NCBI RefSeq assembly: GCF_003668955.1
Contig: NZ_RAWO01000002.1
Coordinates: 535,605-599,604, forward strand
Direction of reading: 5' to 3'
Length of the DNA stretch: 64,000 nucleotides
Source: Corallococcus sp. AB038B
GTDB taxonomy: Bacteria > Myxococcota > Myxococcia > Myxococcales > Myxococcaceae
Shown here: positions 59,024 to 64,000 of the stretch, one piece after another
Numbering within the stretch: the first letter of the stretch is position 1
Layout of the letters: every line of letters begins with the position of its first letter
Translations under genes and position numbers: made by a program
Notes under the pieces: model-generated
What the model was told of the DNA's origin: nothing
What the model saw: the letters and a program-made list of their open reading frames with translations, nothing else
The model's database searches: none

Positions 59024-60040
59024 ATGAAGAAGATCCTGGTCGCGCTCCTCGTGCTCATCGTCCTGGCGGTCGCGGGTGCAGGCGGCGTGTTCATGCACTT
59101 CCAGAACGCCACCACCGCGCCGCACGCAGCAGCGGATCCGGCTCCCAAGGAGTTCGTGGTGAAGAAGGGCGCGTCCGCGCGCTCTCTGGGCCAGCAGCTC
59201 CAGGCCCAGGGCTTCCTGGAGAATCCCGCCGTGTGGCGCTTCCACCTGTGGCGCCGGGGCAGCCTCAACGTGAAGGCGGGCCGCTTCATGCTGAGCCCCA
59301 CCGCCTCCGTGGCGGAGCTGGCCAACGCCCTGGAAGGCCAGCCGCTGCCGGAGGACGTGCCCTTCGCGATGATCGAAGGCTGGCGCCTGCGCGACACCGA
59401 TCAGGTGCTCGCCGCCCAGGGCCTGATCAAACCGGGCGAGTACATCGCCGCGGCCAGCCGCACGAGCAACTTCAACGCGCCGTTCCCCATGCCCGTGCGC
59501 AGCCTGGAGGGCTACCTCTACCCGGAGACGTACGGGATCATCGCGGACAACTTCAAGGTGGAGGCGTTCATCCAGCGGCAGATCGACACCTTCCGCGCCC
59601 GCTTCTACGACGAGCACAAGGACGAGATCGGCAAGAGCGGCCGGTCGCTGCACGACATCGTCGTGATGGCCTCCATGCTGGAGCGCGAGGAGCCGGTGCC
59701 GTCCCAGCGCGCGCTCGTCGCGGGCATCCTCTGGAAGCGCGTGGACAAGGGCTTCCCGCTGGGCGTGGACGCCACCAGCCGCTACGAGCTGGCGGAGTGG
59801 AACGACCGCAAGGCGTTCCTCAAGCGGCTGCGGGACAACTCGGATCCGTGGAACTCGCGCACCCGCGCGGGCCTGCCGCCGGGCCCCATTGGCGCGCCCA
59901 CGGTGGACTCGCTGCTCGCCGCGCTGCGGCCGGTGAAGAGCGACTTCTGGTACTACCTGCATGACGCGCAGAAGGTCCTGCACCCGTCGCGCAACGCGCA
60001 GGAGCACGAAGCGCTTCGAGCCAAGTACAACGTGTACTGA
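59024..60040 (+). CDS. mltG: Endolytic murein transglycosylase (YceG family).
   Basis: An N-terminal TM helix is present. The YceG-like domain reads ..LEGYLYPETY...ASMLEREE.. Confidence 0.85.
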   Translation: MKKILVALLVLIVLAVAGAGGVFMHFQNATTAPHAAADPAPKEFVVKKGASARSLGQQLQAQGFLENPAVWRFHLWRRGSLNVKAGRFMLSPTASVAELANALEGQPLPEDVPFAMIEGWRLRDTDQVLAAQGLIKPGEYIAAASRTSNFNAPFPMPVRSLEGYLYPETYGIIADNFKVEAFIQRQIDTFRARFYDEHKDEIGKSGRSLHDIVVMASMLEREEPVPSQRALVAGILWKRVDKGFPLGVDATSRYELAEWNDRKAFLKRLRDNSDPWNSRTRAGLPPGPIGAPTVDSLLAALRPVKSDFWYYLHDAQKVLHPSRNAQEHEALRAKYNVY

Positions 60041-60049
60041 GGCACCGCG

Positions 60050-61744
60050 ATGACGTCCCCCCTCCTGGACCCGAGCCGCGTCTCCACGCCTCCCGCCGGT
60101 GCCGAGGTCGCCCTGCGCGAGGAGGTGGCCCAACTGCGCCAGGAAGCCGAGCGGCTCCGCCGGCTGCTGGAGACCGCGGCGCAGGTCATCTGGTCGACGA
60201 ACCCCGCCAGGGATGCGCTGGCGCCCATTTCTCCATCGTGGACGGCCTTCACCGGCCAGGCGCCGGAGCAGATGCGCAACCAGGGGTGGCTCCTCGCCCT
60301 GCACCCGGATGACCGGGCCGGGGCCCTGGCGGCGTGGGAGCGGGCCAGGGCGGGGACGCAGCCCTTCGTCACTCGCTACCGGCTGCGCCGCGTGGACGGG
60401 GCTTACGTGTGGATGCTCGCGCGGGGCATGCCCGTGCTGGGGCCGGATGGCTCCGTGCACGAATGGGTGGGCACCTGCATCGACATCCAGGCGCAGGTCC
60501 TGGGCGAAGAGCGCGCCGCGTTCCTGGCGCGGGCCAGCGAGTTGTTCGCGTCGTCGCTGGACGCCTCCGCCACGCTGGCGTCGCTGGCGAACCTGTCGGT
60601 GTCGGCGCTCGCGGACTGGTGCATCGTGGACGTGCTGCATTCGGACGGCCACTTCGAGCGCGTCCAGGTGGTGTCGGCGGATCCCTCCCAGGCGCCGCTC
60701 GCGGCCACCGTGCAGCGGCTGACGCCGGTGCCCCAGGACCGGCCCGTCTATCCTCCCGCGGTGGCGCTGGCGACCGGCCGGTCCACCCTGGTGCCGGAGG
60801 TCACGGACGCGGTGATGCAGTCCGTGGCGCAGGACGCGGACCACCTGGAGACGATGCGGCGGGTGGGCATCCGTTCGCTGCTCACCGTGCCAATCATGGC
60901 CCGGGGCCACATCCTGGGCGCGCTGTCCTTCCTGATCACCACCTCCAGCCGCCGGTATCACGACGAGGACCTGCGGTTCGCCCAGGAGCTGGCGAACCTG
61001 GCCGGGCTCGCGGTGGACAACGCGCGGCTGCTCCACGGCGCGCGCGAGGCCATCCGCCTGCGCGACGAGTTCCTCTCCGTCGCGAGCCACGAGCTGAAGA
61101 CGCCGCTGACGCCGCTGAGCCTGAAGCTCCAGGCGCTGTCGCGCGCGGTGAAGTCGCATCCGGACTCGCCGCTCGTGCCGGTCATCGAGGCCCACGTGGA
61201 GACGGGGCACCGCCAGGTCCGCCGGCTCACGGAGCTGATGAACGACCTGCTGGACGTGTCGCGCATCAGCGCCGGCACCTTCCGCCTGCAGCGCGAGGAG
61301 GTGGACGTCGCGGAGGTGGTGCGCGAGGTGGCCGCGACGTTCGCGCCCCGGTTCGTCCTGGAGCACTGCGAGTTCCAGGTGGAAGCCCCGGAGTCGGTGC
61401 GCGGCTGCTTCGACCGGACACGGCTGGCGCAGGTGTTGGATCACCTGCTGGACAACGCCCTCAAGTACGGCCCCGGGACGCCGGTGTCCGTGCGGCTCGT
61501 GGCGGATGGGCCCGTGGCGCGGCTCACGGTGCGCGACGGAGGCATCGGCATCTCGCCAGAGCAGCGGCCCCGCCTCTTCGAGCGCTACGGCCGCGCGGTG
61601 TCCGAACGCCACTATGGCGGCCTGGGATTGGGGCTCTACCTCACCCGCACCATCGTGGAAGCCGAGGGCGGGCGCGTGTCCCTGGACAGCTGCCTGGGCG
61701 AGGGCGCGACGGTCACGGTGGAGCTGCCGCTCACGCGCTCCTGA
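60050..61744 (+). CDS. PAS-GAF sensor histidine kinase.
   Basis: A PAS domain (..WLLALHPDD..), a GAF domain, HisKA (..LSVASHELKTPLT..) and HATPase_c (..DGGIGI...GGLGLGL..) are present. Confidence 0.85.
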   Translation: MTSPLLDPSRVSTPPAGAEVALREEVAQLRQEAERLRRLLETAAQVIWSTNPARDALAPISPSWTAFTGQAPEQMRNQGWLLALHPDDRAGALAAWERARAGTQPFVTRYRLRRVDGAYVWMLARGMPVLGPDGSVHEWVGTCIDIQAQVLGEERAAFLARASELFASSLDASATLASLANLSVSALADWCIVDVLHSDGHFERVQVVSADPSQAPLAATVQRLTPVPQDRPVYPPAVALATGRSTLVPEVTDAVMQSVAQDADHLETMRRVGIRSLLTVPIMARGHILGALSFLITTSSRRYHDEDLRFAQELANLAGLAVDNARLLHGAREAIRLRDEFLSVASHELKTPLTPLSLKLQALSRAVKSHPDSPLVPVIEAHVETGHRQVRRLTELMNDLLDVSRISAGTFRLQREEVDVAEVVREVAATFAPRFVLEHCEFQVEAPESVRGCFDRTRLAQVLDHLLDNALKYGPGTPVSVRLVADGPVARLTVRDGGIGISPEQRPRLFERYGRAVSERHYGGLGLGLYLTRTIVEAEGGRVSLDSCLGEGATVTVELPLTRS

Positions 61745-61748
61745 GACG

Positions 61749-62723
61749 CTACGGCGCGCCTGTGCCGGGCGACTGGGGAGATGTCTGGAACATGCCCGCG
61801 AGGATGCGCTCGGCCGCGTCCGCGAGCAGATCCCTGGCCATGCGCGTCTCCTCGCCGAAGATGCCGCGTGACGTGTTCGCGTCCAGCACGTGCGTGGCGA
61901 GCAGCGCGAACGCCGCGGGCTCGTCGAACGTCGCCTCCGAGGTGAGCACGCGCTTGCCGGGCTGTTGATCCTCTTCGTGGAAGCGCCCCTCCCACGTGTC
62001 GCCCAGCGTGATGGAGAAGTACTGCGCGGCCACGTTGCCGGGCCGCGACATGTGCGAGGCGGCCACCACGGCGCGCAGCTGGCCGCGCTCCTCTTCGGTC
62101 ATCTGGCGTTTCCACGCTTCGACCGAGGCGTGCATGGTGTCGATCTGATCCCTCGCCGCGTCCTCGGCGTTCTTCAGGAGGTCCGGCACCTGGGCGTGGA
62201 TGAACGCGGAGAGATCCGACTGAGTCACCCGGCTCGCCGCGAGCACGGCGTCCACGAGCGAGAGCGACGCGTCGAGCAGACGGTGCTGCCTCGCCAGGGC
62301 TTCGTCTGGAAGACCCCGGCCATCCAGGCTCATTCGCGAGGCGGTGATGAGCCGTCGCATCGTGGTGAGCCGCGTGCGCGTCTCTTCATCGAGCACGTCC
62401 TTGCTGGCGAGCAGGACGTGGAGCGCGAGGGGCACGTGGGTGACGGCCTTGTACTCGTGGTAGTGGCGCGTGCGCGCGGGCGCCTCGAAGCGCTGGCCGC
62501 CTTTGCGCAGGATGAGCACGTCGTCGATCTGCGCGATGACGGGCCCCATGCGGGACAGCACGGCCTCACGGCGCGCGGCGTACGCGTCGCGGAACGCCTG
62601 GTTGAGCACGGAGAGCGGATCCGCGGACTCCAGCGCCACGGTTCGCGCGACTTCGGAGGGCGGCTCGGGAGGAGGGGAAGGGGAGGAGGGCGCTCCCACG
62701 GGGCACTCGGCCATGGCGGGCAC
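61749..62723 (-). CDS. Hypothetical protein.
   Basis: The ORF is 324 aa and mostly helical. Codon bias is good. Confidence 0.45.
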   Translation of the reverse strand: MPAMAECPVGAPSSPSPPPEPPSEVARTVALESADPLSVLNQAFRDAYAARREAVLSRMGPVIAQIDDVLILRKGGQRFEAPARTRHYHEYKAVTHVPLALHVLLASKDVLDEETRTRLTTMRRLITASRMSLDGRGLPDEALARQHRLLDASLSLVDAVLAASRVTQSDLSAFIHAQVPDLLKNAEDAARDQIDTMHASVEAWKRQMTEEERGQLRAVVAASHMSRPGNVAAQYFSITLGDTWEGRFHEEDQQPGKRVLTSEATFDEPAAFALLATHVLDANTSRGIFGEETRMARDLLADAAERILAGMFQTSPQSPGTGAP

Positions 62724-62860
62724 CGTAGCGTCCCCCGCGCGTCCGTCATCCCCGGCCGCGCCCCGGGTGTCCGGATTCCTTCAACCCGAAAAGCGAAAGG
62801 CCGGCCCCGCATCGAAGCGGGACCGGCCTTCACTGCTCAGCGGTGACGACGGTCAGCGGC

Positions 62861-64000
62861 TCAGTCGACCGGGCGCACCTGGACTTCCATCACGGTCTGG
62901 GCCGGGTTCGTCGACAGCACCTCGATGATGGTGCCCGTCTTCGGAACCTTCACGCCGCCGTACGGCTGCGTGGCGTACCAGAACTCGTTCGTGTCGTTGA
63001 ACACCGGCACCGCGGGCTGCGAGGCGTACTCGTTGCGCGGGAAGCCGTTGGGCTTGAGCGACAGCGGGAAGCTGGGCTCCAGACCGAAAGTCGCGTCGTG
63101 CGTCTGCACGCGGCCGGACCAGTAGCGGCCGTCGCTGCGCTGCAGGGGCTGCGGGCGCGAGTCGATGGGCAGGATGCGGCCCGAACCCGGGTGCTGAGAC
63201 ACGTTGTTGTTCGACTGCGACGTGTCCCAGTAGGTGATCAGCAGGCCGGGGTTGTACGAGTAGCGCTCCGCCCAATCCACCAGGCCATCCGAGCTGAAGC
63301 CGAAGTTGTAGGGACCCGTGGCCAGACCCTCGTCGTAGCCGCGGAACTGGCGCCACTCGGCCAGGTAGTAGTTGTCGTAGAGGGTGTTGGTGCCGTCCGT
63401 CACGAAGAACGTCGACTTGTCCCACCACTTGTGGCCCCACTCGCCGTCGTCACCAAAGACGTAGGTGTTCTTCGCCCACAGCTGGACGTAGTCCACCAGG
63501 AAGCCCTTGTTGAACTCCGCCGCGTCCGTCTTGTAGCGGATCTTCAGCGTGACGCTCTTGCCCGCGTAGGCGGACAGGTCGAACTCCAGGGGAATCCAAC
63601 CACCGGACGTGCCGGTGATGCCGTTGCCCAGGTTGTTGCCCCACGGGTTCGTGGTGCGGCTCACCGGGCTGGCCAGGTTGGTGAACGGGCCACCGTCCAC
63701 GGAGAGGGCGACGTAGGCGTAGTCCCAGTCCTCCTCGATGTCGAACCAGGTCTGGAAGGAGAAGGTGATGGGCTTCTTGTTCGGCAGCTTCACCGTCTTC
63801 TCGAGCACGCGGTCCAGGTTGTTGCCCTGGCCGCCCTGCCACATGCCCTGGCCCTCGAACGGGGCGGTGGTGGGCTGCACCACGGGCTTGCCGGGCAGCT
63901 TCACCACGAGCGCCTGCTTCGCGTTCTGGGACGTGACCTCCGCGGGGCCCAGGTTGTGGTACGAGTACAGGCCCGCGTCCGTGGTGGCGTAGTCCAGCCA
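62861..64000 (-). CDS. M6 (immune inhibitor A-like) metalloprotease, C-terminal portion; the start lies beyond the window end.
   Basis: The frame stays open to the window edge. The C-terminal beta-rich domains resemble InhA-type peptidases. The assignment is from memory only. Confidence 0.45.
   Translation of the reverse strand, partial: WLDYATTDAGLYSYHNLGPAEVTSQNAKQALVVKLPGKPVVQPTTAPFEGQGMWQGGQGNNLDRVLEKTVKLPNKKPITFSFQTWFDIEEDWDYAYVALSVDGGPFTNLASPVSRTTNPWGNNLGNGITGTSGGWIPLEFDLSAYAGKSVTLKIRYKTDAAEFNKGFLVDYVQLWAKNTYVFGDDGEWGHKWWDKSTFFVTDGTNTLYDNYYLAEWRQFRGYDEGLATGPYNFGFSSDGLVDWAERYSYNPGLLITYWDTSQSNNNVSQHPGSGRILPIDSRPQPLQRSDGRYWSGRVQTHDATFGLEPSFPLSLKPNGFPRNEYASQPAVPVFNDTNEFWYATQPYGGVKVPKTGTIIEVLSTNPAQTVMEVQVRPVD

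Overview
This window is high-GC (about 70%) myxobacterial-type chromosome (Myxococcus/Corallococcus-like), read mostly from the six-frame ORF track plus motif recognition. I found no rRNA, tRNA or CRISPR array. The main elements are listed here. (1) Bases 1-15118 are a polysaccharide/O-antigen-type locus. It holds a GT2 (partial), a fused methyltransferase/coiled-coil/GT4/GT4 protein of 1218 aa, two further SAM methyltransferases, a GtrB-like GT2, a small DUF2304-like membrane protein, a DUF2142/GT-C-like membrane protein, a GT4, and a complete dTDP-L-rhamnose operon rfbB-rfbD-rfbA-rfbC. (2) A YihY-family membrane protein, two Cys-rich lipoproteins, an HxlR regulator, a GST, a beta-lactamase-family serine hydrolase and a degenerate pseudokinase follow. 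(3) A conspicuous low-GC island at about 23.2-27.3 kb is bounded by a frameshifted, truncated IS630-family transposase and contains an IS66 fragment. It carries two small membrane proteins and a 428-aa protein whose C-terminus looks like a Shedu/DUF4263 PD-(D/E)xK nuclease. This is my best candidate for an acquired, possibly novel, anti-phage defence module. (4) Housekeeping genes after the island are an ABC-F ATPase, tgt, a GIY-YIG/UVR-domain protein, a transglutaminase-like protein, a hexapeptide acetyltransferase, a HAD hydrolase, an OmpA/TSP3 protein, a Kelch beta-propeller MYXO-CTERM protein, an MnmC-like methyltransferase, two LysR regulators, NmrA, the Pat acetyltransferase, a Ser/Thr kinase, a DEAD/DEAH helicase, map, a YeiH-like transporter, MltG, a PAS-GAF histidine kinase and a partial M6 (InhA-like) metalloprotease. 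A three-gene operon of unknown function (39.9-42.2 kb, start/stop ATGA overlap) and a 3x tandem duplication of the 3' end of a lysR gene are also reported. Many long ORFs in the track are antisense artefacts of the high GC content and were rejected. Coordinates may be off by one.
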